Source: an uncultured Robiginitomaculum sp.
GTDB lineage: Bacteria; Pseudomonadota; Alphaproteobacteria; Caulobacterales; Maricaulaceae
Reading direction: 5' to 3'
NCBI GenBank assembly: GCA_938015875.1
Contig: CALLXE010000047.1
Span: forward strand, 7,101 to 71,100
Length of the DNA: 64,000 nt
Below are positions 31,473 to 40,539 of the stretch, piece after piece. The position numbers and the translations under genes are program-made. Position 1 is the first letter of the stretch. Every line of letters begins with the position of its first letter. The notes under the pieces are model-generated. The model was not told where the DNA came from, ran no database searches, and was given only the letters and a program-made list of their open reading frames with translations.

Positions 31473-31535
31473 AACACCCCTAAATTTTGCACATTTATGA
31501 TTCGAAAACCATAAAAAATCTATATCTTTCAAGAC

Positions 31536-31568
31536 CTAAGAAAAACATCAGAAAAGTCTAAGTCCTCC
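31536..31568. promoter_or_regulatory. 11-bp-period direct repeats (putative wHTH binding site)
   Basis: CTAAGAAAAAC / ATCAGAAAAGT / CTAAGTCCTCC. Confidence 0.5.
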
Positions 31569-31609
31569 AACAGGACTTTACAACCGTCATCGTGCTCTAA
31601 CTGATTTCC

Positions 31610-31756
31610 GTTGGAGGGCAATGGGGCGGCCTCCCTACATTGCCGTTCTTTGATACTCATGTTCAAAGAACGGTTAGAGAGTAAAAGAGGGTTATGTAGC
31701 GGTTTGCGAGCAGACGCGAACTGATCCCTCTTTTGCTCTCTATCTCAATTTGAGAT
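31610..31756 (+). ncRNA. Candidate structured RNA (sRNA or 5' leader) with consecutive hairpins
   Basis: Stems GGCAATG/CATTGCC, CCGTTCTTTGA/TCAAAGAACGG (11 bp), TAGAGAGTAAAAGAGGG/CCCTCTTTTGCTCTCTA (17 bp, one G-U) with an inner stem, and ATCTCA/TGAGAT. Confidence 0.45.
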
Positions 31757-31819
31757 CACCGAATAATCTCAAAAGAATAAATGGGACAAACAGGGCAAGA
31801 ATACTTACCGGGGGGCAAT

Positions 31820-31972
31820 ATGCAGGACAAAATCCTCATAACTTTGAAGAAAATAGACCGACTACAAACTCAACTTCATAAAATTATAGAAGACGCCTTC
31901 GATGGTAAGATAAGCCATAAAGAAGCAGAGTTAAGATCAAAACCCTTAAGGCGGGAATTGGATAAACTCTAA
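31820..31972 (+). CDS. Small helical hypothetical protein (50 aa; alternative start 31781)
   Basis: GGGGGG RBS-like run before ATG; amphipathic helical sequence MQDKILITLKKIDRLQTQL…. Confidence 0.5.
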   Translation: MQDKILITLKKIDRLQTQLHKIIEDAFDGKISHKEAELRSKPLRRELDKL

Positions 31973-32010
31973 TTTAAGGACAAGACGTGCCCAACTTCCT
32001 GCAGGCCTTG

Positions 32011-32745
32011 CTAGTGGCTTGCATAAGGCACGATCTGCCCGTCCCGTACCGTTACAATCCGGTCCATGAACGGCATGAGCTCCATATTATGGGTCGCGAT
32101 CAGCGCGGCAACGCCTTCAGTGCGTGTTAAGTCAAACAGGCTTTGGAAGACATTTCCTGATGTCGTCGGGTCGAGATTTCCGGTGGGCTCGTCCGCCATA
32201 ATCACGCTGGGCTTGTTAGCAATCGCGCGGGCGATGGCGACGCGTTGCTGCTCTCCGCCGGACATTTGACCGGGTTGATGCTGAAAACGCTCGGCAAGCC
32301 CCATAAGGGTCAGAAGGCGCGCAGCCTCGATACGGGCTTCGTCGTAAGGCACTCCGGCGGCCTGTTGCGGCAGCACGACATTATCAATGGCGGAAAATTC
32401 GCGCAGCAAATGATGGAATTGATAGACAAAGCCGATTTCTTCACGGCGGATGCGCGTACGATCGCGGTCCGGCAGGGACAGGCACTCCTCACCCTTTACA
32501 TAGACCTTACCGCCGGTCGGTGTTTCCAGAAGGCCGGCCGCGTGCAGCAGGCTGGATTTACCCGATCCCGACGGGCCGATCAGACCAACAACTTCGCCGG
32601 GGTAAATGTCAATATTCGCGCCCACCAGAACGTCAAGCGTTCCCCCGCCGGTGATATATTGACGGGTCAAATTGCGCACGGACAGGACCGGCGTTCGCGG
32701 TGCGTATCGATTGACCGGCGGATTATTTATAACAGGATTATTCAA
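32011..32745 (-). CDS. lolD: Lipoprotein-releasing ABC ATPase
   Basis: GPSGSGKS, GFVYQFHHLL, SGGEQQR, ADEPTGNLD; follows lolE; TTG start approximate. Confidence 0.92.
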   Translation of the reverse strand: MNNPVINNPPVNRYAPRTPVLSVRNLTRQYITGGGTLDVLVGANIDIYPGEVVGLIGPSGSGKSSLLHAAGLLETPTGGKVYVKGEECLSLPDRDRTRIRREEIGFVYQFHHLLREFSAIDNVVLPQQAAGVPYDEARIEAARLLTLMGLAERFQHQPGQMSGGEQQRVAIARAIANKPSVIMADEPTGNLDPTTSGNVFQSLFDLTRTEGVAALIATHNMELMPFMDRIVTVRDGQIVPYASH

Positions 32746-34039
32746 AACGCAGCGCCTCCACAGGGTCAAGGCGACTCGCGCCCCAGGCCGGGAAATATGT
32801 CGCCACGGAGGATATCAGGAAACCCCAAATGCCAACCCACGTCACTTCGCCCCATTTAATCAGCGCAGGTATTCCGTCGGTCAGCGAGTAAACGCCGGGC
32901 GGAAATAACGGGCCGGTAAAAATTTCAATTACGCCTTGGATGACGCTGATATTAAGGCAAAATAATATCCCGATAATCAGGCCGGCTATTGTTCCCAGCG
33001 CAGCGATTATAAAACCCGACATAAAGAATATGCGTAGGATTGATCCGCGCGTTGCGCCGATTGTGCGCAAAATCGCGATATCTTTACCCTTATTTTTAAC
33101 CAACATTATCATAGCAGACACGACCGGGAAAATCGCAATAATCACAACGATAGCCAGGATCATCCGCATGGCCACTTGCTCTGTTCGCAGCGCTCCGGCC
33201 AGATCCGATTGCCGGTCCATCCAGTCATAGACCCGCACCGTGCTTGGCCCGTTTTGGCGCACATAGCGCGAAAACTCGCGCACCTTTTCAGGATCATGAA
33301 GGCGCACTTCTATTTCAGTGGGCGTGTCACCGGCGTCAAAGAAAATCAGAGCTTGGTCAATGGGCATATAGATATGCAGGCTGTCAGCCTCGATAAAACC
33401 CAGCGAGAACAGCGCGCCGACGGTGTAAGCTTTGCGAGTGAGCGAGGAGCCAAAAGCGGTTACCGTTGGGGTTGGAGAGATCAGGGTGACCTGATCGCCG
33501 ACCCGAACGCCCAATGTGGACGCCATTTGCATGCCCATAGCGATCACGTCACCGCCATAATCCCCTACGCCAAATTCATCTAAATTACCGAGTGATATAT
33601 TGTCGGTCACAAAGGTCAGTTTGCGCAGATTGTCCGGGCTGACGCCGCGAACCAAGGCGCCGGTGCCCTGCCCGTTGGCCGATACGAAGGCCTGTTTCGG
33701 CAGAATCGGCATAGCCAGATCGACATCATCATTTTCATTCAGCCAATCGGCAATACTCTTTATTTCACCCGGCTCCGGGGTATCGCCATAGCTTTGCACA
33801 TAAACATGACCCTGCGCGCCGAGCATGCGGCTGACCAGTTCTTCACGAAACCCGTTCATGATCGACATAACGATAATCATTGCCGCAATGGCGAGCATAA
33901 TGCAGACAAAGGATATGCCTGTGATGAGGCCAACGCCGCCTTGGGATTTGCGCGCGCCGAGATAGCGCACGGCAATGCTGCGTTCAAATTTGCCGAACGC
34001 CGGCGCGGACTTGCCCGCTGAGATCAGGGACGCCCCCAT
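32738..34039 (-). CDS. lolE: Lipoprotein-releasing ABC permease LolC/E
   Basis: IVMSIMNGF, DIAILRTIGA, YFPAWGASRLDPVEALR. Confidence 0.92.
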   Translation of the reverse strand: MGASLISAGKSAPAFGKFERSIAVRYLGARKSQGGVGLITGISFVCIMLAIAAMIIVMSIMNGFREELVSRMLGAQGHVYVQSYGDTPEPGEIKSIADWLNENDDVDLAMPILPKQAFVSANGQGTGALVRGVSPDNLRKLTFVTDNISLGNLDEFGVGDYGGDVIAMGMQMASTLGVRVGDQVTLISPTPTVTAFGSSLTRKAYTVGALFSLGFIEADSLHIYMPIDQALIFFDAGDTPTEIEVRLHDPEKVREFSRYVRQNGPSTVRVYDWMDRQSDLAGALRTEQVAMRMILAIVVIIAIFPVVSAMIMLVKNKGKDIAILRTIGATRGSILRIFFMSGFIIAALGTIAGLIIGILFCLNISVIQGVIEIFTGPLFPPGVYSLTDGIPALIKWGEVTWVGIWGFLISSVATYFPAWGASRLDPVEALRFE

Positions 34040-35358
34040 TATGAAAATTGTGCCGTGATAAAGTCGAGGGTCGCCGCAGGCGTCAGGCTTTGTTTCTCGC
34101 CGGTGGCGCGGTCTTTAACTTCAAACACGCCGTCTTTTAATCCGCGCGGACCGACAACGATTTGATACGGCAGGCCGATAAGATCCATGCGGGCAAATTT
34201 CTGCCCGCCGCGATCATCACGGTCATCATAGAGCGGATCGAGGCCGGCGGCTTTCAGCTTGGCATATAAATCCTCACAGGCCGCGTCCGCCGCGTCGTCG
34301 CCGACTTTCAGATTGATAATGCCGACATCAAAGGGTGTTACAGCTTTCGGCCAGATAATACCGTCTTTATCATGGCTTGCTTCGATAATGCCGCCGACAA
34401 GACGCGACACGCCGACGCCGTAACTGCCCATATGGATATTGGCGGTTTTACCGTCCGGCGTTTGCACGGCAGCTTTCATGGGCTCGGAATACTTTGTCCC
34501 GAAGTAAAAAATATGACCGACTTCGATGCCGCGCGCGGATAATTGCTTGTCCGCCGGCACTTTGGCGAACGCATCCGCGTCGTGCATTTCGTCCGTAGCA
34601 GCATAAAGCGAGGTGCGGCTATCGACGACGGCTTGCAAATCGTCGTCACTGACCACACCCGGCGCGGCCATATCAACGAGGTCTTTATGACAGAAAACTT
34701 CGCTCTCGCCGGTATCGGCCAGAATCAGAAACTCATGGGACAAATCCCCGCCAATCGGGCCCGTGTCTGCGCGCATAGGCACAGCTTTCAGGCCAAGGCG
34801 GGCATAAGTATTAAGGTAAGCCACAAACTGACGGTTATAGCTTTTGACCGCCGCGTCTTTGTCGATATCAAAGCTGTAGGCGTCTTTCATCAAAAATTCA
34901 CGGCCGCGCATGACGCCGAAACGGGGGCGGCGCTCGTCGCGAAATTTCCACTGAATATGGTAAAGACATTTGGGTAAGTCTTTGTAAGACTTCACATAAC
35001 CGCGAAACATATCCGTGATCATATCTTCATTGGTCGGACCGTACAAAAGCTCGCGGTCGCCGCGATCTTTTATCCGAAGCATTTCCGGACCATAGGCGTC
35101 ATAGCGGCCGGTTTCTTTCCAATGGGCGGCGGATTGTATCGTCGGCATCAGCATTTCAATCGCGCCGGCTTTGTCTTGTTCTTCGCGGACAATATTTTCA
35201 ATCTTGCGCAAAACTTTCAGGCCCATAGGCAGCCAGATATAAATCCCGGCGCTGTCCTGCTTAACCATGCCCGCCCGCAGCATGAATTGATGGGACGCAA
35301 TCGTCGCCTCCGCCGGAGTCTCTTTGAGCACAGGCAGAAAATAATCAGTAAGGCGCAT
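34039..35358 (-). CDS. proS: Proline-tRNA ligase (short alphaproteobacterial type)
   Basis: [39 protein letters not shown]. Confidence 0.97.
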   Translation of the reverse strand: MRLTDYFLPVLKETPAEATIASHQFMLRAGMVKQDSAGIYIWLPMGLKVLRKIENIVREEQDKAGAIEMLMPTIQSAAHWKETGRYDAYGPEMLRIKDRGDRELLYGPTNEDMITDMFRGYVKSYKDLPKCLYHIQWKFRDERRPRFGVMRGREFLMKDAYSFDIDKDAAVKSYNRQFVAYLNTYARLGLKAVPMRADTGPIGGDLSHEFLILADTGESEVFCHKDLVDMAAPGVVSDDDLQAVVDSRTSLYAATDEMHDADAFAKVPADKQLSARGIEVGHIFYFGTKYSEPMKAAVQTPDGKTANIHMGSYGVGVSRLVGGIIEASHDKDGIIWPKAVTPFDVGIINLKVGDDAADAACEDLYAKLKAAGLDPLYDDRDDRGGQKFARMDLIGLPYQIVVGPRGLKDGVFEVKDRATGEKQSLTPAATLDFITAQFS

Positions 35359-35560
35359 GCGCGAATCCTATCAGGCAGGGGTAAATGTAAGTGCGGTTTA
35401 GCGAAGGACGCGAGTGGCGGCAAGGGGTTTGGGTCGGGTGGGGGTGCGGAAGGTGACTTCATATAATGATAAAATCATGGCAATACATTCGCGAACGAAG
35501 TGCAGGACTCAGCGCCGTTAGAATAGGGACGCACCTCAAACCATCTAAGGTGAGCGGAAC

Positions 35561-35830
35561 ATGAAAAACACAGTTACAAATCAATGTCCGGTATGCGGCC
35601 TCCAAGGATTCACCCCCTTCGATAAGGACGGCTACCCAAATTACGAAATTTGCCTCTGCTGTTCGTTCGAATCAGGCAACCAATATGACCACAGTTCAGA
35701 AGCAGATCACTTCTTACACCTTCGTAAGGTTTGGGTGAATAAAATGGAGGCGAAATGGTGGAAAGCTCCGGCTCCGAAAGAATGGAATTATAAAGACCAG
35801 TTGGAAAACGCAGGCCTTGCTCACCCTTAG
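35561..35830 (+). CDS. Small cysteine-rich CPCC-like protein
   Basis: CPVCG…YEICLCCSFE…W motifs; AT-richer than flanks. Confidence 0.7.
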   Translation: MKNTVTNQCPVCGLQGFTPFDKDGYPNYEICLCCSFESGNQYDHSSEADHFLHLRKVWVNKMEAKWWKAPAPKEWNYKDQLENAGLAHP

Positions 35831-35860
35831 TCCTGCAGACACCAGCCATTTGGAACCAAC

Positions 35861-35992
35861 CTCCCCGCACCCCGCTCATCCCAAACTTGATTTGGGATCC
35901 AGTGGCGCGCAGGATTAGATTGGCACTCGGGATTTAATTTGGCCTCGCCTCTTAACCCCATCTTTCGATGGGGTGAGCGGGGTGGCGGGGAG
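35861..35992. repeat. REP/RPE-like palindromic element
   Basis: Terminal arms CTCCCCGCACCCCGCTCATCCCA / TGGGGTGAGCGGGGTGGCGGGGAG; internal hairpins ATCCCAAA-CTTGA-TTTGGGAT and ACCCCATC-TTTC-GATGGGGT. Confidence 0.7.
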
Positions 35993-36027
35993 CTTTGCGT
36001 TCAGCCTTATACTGATGGCGCGCAACT

Positions 36028-36471
36028 CTACCCCTGCTTCTTCCAGCTACCCCTGTCATCCTGCCGCCAGTAGCTCACGCCTTGACCTGCGTCTTTTGCC
36101 GTTTTCCAGCGCTCGCGCGCAATCGCCCTGCCCGTTTCGTCACGGCTGTCGACCATGGTAATGCAGCGGGAGGCCTTTGACGTATCGCCGGGTTGCGCGC
36201 TGCCAATGAGGAAAACCACATCTGCCCCGCTCGCATCAGGCTGACAGGTCAGTAATATCGGATGGGCGTCTGCGCCGGGTTTTTCGTCTGTGCCGTGGGG
36301 CAAAAAGCTGTCGTCTTTATAGGTCCATAAATACCCGTCCATGGCGCGCATAGCGCCGGCATTATCAAACCGAATAACCGCCCGCCAATCATTGGCGAGC
36401 GATTTTTCAAGCAGGGTCGGAAGCGCGGCCTCCAGTGAGGTTTGCTCTAAATGATAGAACCAATGCTCCAT
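36028..36471 (-). CDS. holC: DNA polymerase III subunit chi
   Basis: FYHL, LWTY…SFLPHG, ARERWK; adjacent to pepA. Confidence 0.93.
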   Translation of the reverse strand: MEHWFYHLEQTSLEAALPTLLEKSLANDWRAVIRFDNAGAMRAMDGYLWTYKDDSFLPHGTDEKPGADAHPILLTCQPDASGADVVFLIGSAQPGDTSKASRCITMVDSRDETGRAIARERWKTAKDAGQGVSYWRQDDRGSWKKQG

Positions 36472-36477
36472 TAAGCC

Positions 36478-37950
36478 CTAACCTTCGTAATTATCCGCAA
36501 TCCAGCGGTTCAGCAGCCGCGCGCCAAATCCGCTGGCCCATGCCGGATTACGCGGGTCGGCGCTGGCCGGATCCCAAGCCGCGCCGGCAATGTCCAAATG
36601 CGCCCAAGGCGTATCGCCGACAAAGCGTTGCAGGAATTGTGCGGCCGTAATCGAGCCCGCCAAACGCCCGCCGATATTCTTCATATCAGCGTTCTTACTA
36701 TCCAGCAGCTTGTCATAAACAGAATGCAGCGGCAGACGCCATAATTTCTCCGTGCTTTCTTCCGATGCGGTCAAAAGCTGCTGCGCGACATCGTCATTAT
36801 TGGAGAACAGCCCGGCATGTTCATGACCGAGCGCGACCAGAATGGCGCCGGTCAGCGTGGCCAGATTGACCATAGCTTTGGGTTTATATTTCGTGCGAGC
36901 ATAATGCAGGACATCACACAAAACCAAACGCCCTTCGGCATCTGTATTTTGCACTTCAATGGTTTGGCCGGACATAGAGGTCACAATATCGCCCGGACGC
37001 TGCGCGCCGGCGTCCGGCATGTTTTCAACAAGGCCGACAATGCCGATGACATTGGCTTTGGCTTTGCGCGCGGCTATCGTATGCATCGCGCCGACAACGG
37101 CGGCCGAACCGCCCATATCGCCCTTCATATCCCACATGCCCGCACCGGGCTTGAGGGAAATACCGCCGGCATCGAATGTGACGCCTTTGCCGATAATACA
37201 GGCCGGCTTTTCGCCTTTTTTGCCGCCTGACCACGTCATCACGACCATTTTAGACTCGTAATTACTGCCAAGGCCGACGCCGACAAATGCGTGCATGCCC
37301 ATAGAGGCCAGTTTCTTTTCGCCGATGACTTCGATCTTAAGGCCCGGAACAGCCATAGCTTTAATGCGCGCGGCGTAGCTCTCAGGGTTCAGTTTGTTGG
37401 GCGGCTCTGAGACCAAATCACGGGCAAGACACGTACCCTCAGCGATGGGACCGTAAAAATTGGCGTAAGACGCGCGGGCCTTGGCCGGCGTGTCATAGGC
37501 AATTTTCAGGGTCGTAATGCTTGGCTTTTGGTCTTTGGTAAGTTTGGTTCGGTAATTGTCAAATCGGTAGGCCGCCAAGACGCCGCCAAGGGCCGCGCGC
37601 GCTGCGTCATCGGGGGACAAATCCATACCGTCCAAATGCAAAGTCACCGTGCTCTCGCCGCTCATGAGAAGAGATTTGACGGCTTTTGCGCCAAATTTTT
37701 CAGCGTCAAATTTCACCCGATCCCCTGCGCCCATTACAACAAGGCGCTTAGTGCTCGCGCCGTCCGGGGCATAGACATCAAAGCTTGATCCGGATTTACC
37801 TGTAAAGTCAGCGGCTTTGGCGGCTTTCTTAACCTGCCCGTTTGAGACCGCGTCATATTCCGTTGCAGCAGCGGAGAATTTTGATTTGGTAAAGGCGATG
37901 GCGACGCCGGTTCCGGTCGCAGTGCCGGCAGAAACAAAACTGATTTTCAT
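36478..37950 (-). CDS. pepA: Leucyl aminopeptidase
   Basis: GKGVTFDAGG, MKGDMGG, NTDAEGRL, HLDIAG; start at MKISF. Confidence 0.96.
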   Translation of the reverse strand: MKISFVSAGTATGTGVAIAFTKSKFSAAATEYDAVSNGQVKKAAKAADFTGKSGSSFDVYAPDGASTKRLVVMGAGDRVKFDAEKFGAKAVKSLLMSGESTVTLHLDGMDLSPDDAARAALGGVLAAYRFDNYRTKLTKDQKPSITTLKIAYDTPAKARASYANFYGPIAEGTCLARDLVSEPPNKLNPESYAARIKAMAVPGLKIEVIGEKKLASMGMHAFVGVGLGSNYESKMVVMTWSGGKKGEKPACIIGKGVTFDAGGISLKPGAGMWDMKGDMGGSAAVVGAMHTIAARKAKANVIGIVGLVENMPDAGAQRPGDIVTSMSGQTIEVQNTDAEGRLVLCDVLHYARTKYKPKAMVNLATLTGAILVALGHEHAGLFSNNDDVAQQLLTASEESTEKLWRLPLHSVYDKLLDSKNADMKNIGGRLAGSITAAQFLQRFVGDTPWAHLDIAGAAWDPASADPRNPAWASGFGARLLNRWIADNYEG

Positions 37951-38143
37951 GGGATACTTTCTGTACAAATTAATAAACCTGCTCAAGCGGCAGGTTGTCT
38001 GACCCTTGTTATGGTACGCAGCAACGTTGCCCGCAAGGGCGCGCGTGGGGCAAACATTGAAAAATCGACATATTCTTATGTTTGCAAATCGTGCGGCCAG
38101 TGAGTAAAGCGGATATTACGTCGGGTTGGCGCGTAAGGGGCTT

Positions 38144-39292
38144 ATGAAGCTGATACAAACATATTTCCGCAATGCGACATTGATTCCGCTTCTGATGACC
38201 ATCGGAGCGCTGTCTGTTCTGGCGCTTTTAACACAAAGCTTGCAGACAATTGACCTGATTGTGGAGAATCGTCAATCGGCCGGAACATTCCTGACGATTA
38301 CATTTTTGGCTCTGCCGCAGCTTATCGGTGTTATATTGCCAATTGCCGTCTTTATCGCGAGTCTTTACGCGCTGAACCGCATGAACCTCGACAGCGAAAC
38401 CGTTGTTGCCAAAGCCGCCGGTTACAGCCCTTGGCAAATTGCGAGCCCGGTTTTGCGCGTGGCGGTTTATGCGCTGATTGTTCATTTGATCATTAATCTG
38501 CTTGTGCAACCGTTCTCGCAGCGCGAAATGCGCGAAGCGATCCTTGACGTGCGAACGGACTTGGCCTCGCAACTCGTGCGTCCGGGCGAGTTTAACTCCC
38601 CCGCTCCCGGCCTGACCGTTTATACGTCCGATGTCGGGCAATCCGGCGAGATGAGCGACGTTCTGATTTACGATTCGCGCGACCCCGTCAACAAAGCGAC
38701 TTACACCGCAAAAAACGGCGCGATAAAAACCGTCAACGGGAAAGCGGTTCTGATCATGCGTAACGGTAATGTGCAATACGGCACCGCCGGATATGACGAG
38801 GCAGAACCATCTGAAATCCGAATTGTCGGCTTTGACGATTATCAATTTGATTTGTCCGAAGTTATGACTCTTGACCCGACCTTACGCCTGAAAACGTCTG
38901 ATCAGTACCTCCATGAATTGCTCCGCAATGATCGCGCAGATTATGCCCGTCAGCAATTTTACGAATCACGCCTTGCAGAAGCGCATATGCGGCTTTCCTC
39001 GCCCCTTTATAATGTTGCTTTGGTATTAATCGCCATCGCCTTTTTGGTGCGCGGGGAATTTCAGCGCATGGGCTATGGCCGCAGAATTGCTATCGCCGCC
39101 GCTATCGGTTTTTTTGTACGCCTTGTCGGTTTTGCCGTGACGTCAGCCTCCGAAGACGACTCGGCGCTCAATGCGTTTCAATATGCGGTGCCGGTGCTGA
39201 CGATCATCGTCTGCATTGTCTATATGAACGGGCGAAAACAGGCGAAGATTATGTTTAAACCGAAACATTTAAAGGAGGCGATCGGACCGTAA
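38144..39292 (+). CDS. lptF: LPS export permease LptF
   Basis: YjgP/Q pattern (LNRMNLDSETVV…AAGYS); divergent from pepA. Confidence 0.88.
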   Translation: MKLIQTYFRNATLIPLLMTIGALSVLALLTQSLQTIDLIVENRQSAGTFLTITFLALPQLIGVILPIAVFIASLYALNRMNLDSETVVAKAAGYSPWQIASPVLRVAVYALIVHLIINLLVQPFSQREMREAILDVRTDLASQLVRPGEFNSPAPGLTVYTSDVGQSGEMSDVLIYDSRDPVNKATYTAKNGAIKTVNGKAVLIMRNGNVQYGTAGYDEAEPSEIRIVGFDDYQFDLSEVMTLDPTLRLKTSDQYLHELLRNDRADYARQQFYESRLAEAHMRLSSPLYNVALVLIAIAFLVRGEFQRMGYGRRIAIAAAIGFFVRLVGFAVTSASEDDSALNAFQYAVPVLTIIVCIVYMNGRKQAKIMFKPKHLKEAIGP

Positions 39293-40407
39293 TGAACGCC
39301 ACTTTAAACCTCTATATCGCCAAGCAATTTTTTCTGGGTATTTTGACGGCTTTTGTCGTGATTGCCGGCGTGATCATGTTGATTGATTTTGTTGAACTGT
39401 CCCGCACGCTCAATGAAGTTGAGGGTGTGTCATTCGGAACATTGATTGTCATGACGGCGCTGAAAGCGCCGAGTCTTTTTGAAGAGATTATCCCGTTTGT
39501 TGTTCTGTTCGGCGTAATGAGCGCGCTGGTTAAACTTAATCGTCGCAGCGAGTTGATTATTATGCGCGCAGCCGGCTTGTCGGCCTGGCGCTTTCTGTTG
39601 CCGGGCCTTGTCGTGGCCGGCCTGATTGGCGCGTTTTGGGCGGCAGCGGTAAATCCGCTCGCCGCAAAGGCAGAAGAAGCGTTTAACACGAAACGCACAG
39701 AAATGATGGCGGCAGACACCGGCGGCGCAGTCCGTAATAACAGCGCGACGAAGAACATATGGCTTGCCGAAGGCGGCCGAACCGGCCAGACAAAAATCTA
39801 TGCTGCCAGCGCCGATTTAACCGCGCGCACGCTGGTTGACGTCACGTTTTACCTGTTTCGCTATGATGATAACCGGGTGGCTGAATTTACCAATCGCTTT
39901 GACGCAAAACAGGCTGTGCTGACTGACGAGGGCTATTGGGAGTTGACCAAAGTTGTCGACACGCCGGCCGATGGCAGTAAAGCCCTGCCCTATGAGCGCA
40001 CAACAGTTGCAACCACGCTGACGGCCGATGATTTACGCAGCGCAACGGACAGCAAGAAAACGCCGGCTTTTTGGGGATTGCCGGCAGAGATCGCGCAAGT
40101 CTCTGAGGCGGGGTTTTCGCCGACCCGGTTGATTATGAAACTTCATCGCCTGCTTGCCCTGCCACTGACATTGGTCGCTATGGCGGTCATTGCCGCCGGC
40201 GCGTCCATGCAATTGACCCGCCAAGGCGGGACGCTTCGCCTGATGATCATCGGGGCGGGGTTAGGGTTTGCGGTCTATTTTGCCAATAATATGATTACGG
40301 CGTTTGGCGAAACCGGTGCCTTGCCGGCGATCTTATCGGCATGGGCCGTGCCGGCTTTCGTACTTTTGCTGGGGTTGGCGCGCCTCTCATGGCTCGAAGA
40401 TGGATAA
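39292..40407 (+). CDS. lptG: LPS export permease LptG
   Basis: LNRRSELIIMRAAGLSAWR, C-terminal LEDG. Confidence 0.9.
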   Translation: MNATLNLYIAKQFFLGILTAFVVIAGVIMLIDFVELSRTLNEVEGVSFGTLIVMTALKAPSLFEEIIPFVVLFGVMSALVKLNRRSELIIMRAAGLSAWRFLLPGLVVAGLIGAFWAAAVNPLAAKAEEAFNTKRTEMMAADTGGAVRNNSATKNIWLAEGGRTGQTKIYAASADLTARTLVDVTFYLFRYDDNRVAEFTNRFDAKQAVLTDEGYWELTKVVDTPADGSKALPYERTTVATTLTADDLRSATDSKKTPAFWGLPAEIAQVSEAGFSPTRLIMKLHRLLALPLTLVAMAVIAAGASMQLTRQGGTLRLMIIGAGLGFAVYFANNMITAFGETGALPAILSAWAVPAFVLLLGLARLSWLEDG

Positions 40408-40539
40408 GACGTAATGAATTTTGCGCTGCGCGCTGCTGCTGTCACTGTGTTAAAAGCGCTGTCATAACCGCCTTGCCGCCATTGCAACGCGCGCCGTTTT
40501 AGCTATGGTGCGGCAACAAATTGATTGAATTGGGAAGCT

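Noticed and set aside
35500-35860. Integron cassette (GTTAG before the small Cys-rich gene)
   Set aside because: GTTAGAA does not fit GTTRRRY, there is no RYYYAAC/attC after the gene, and no integron integrase.
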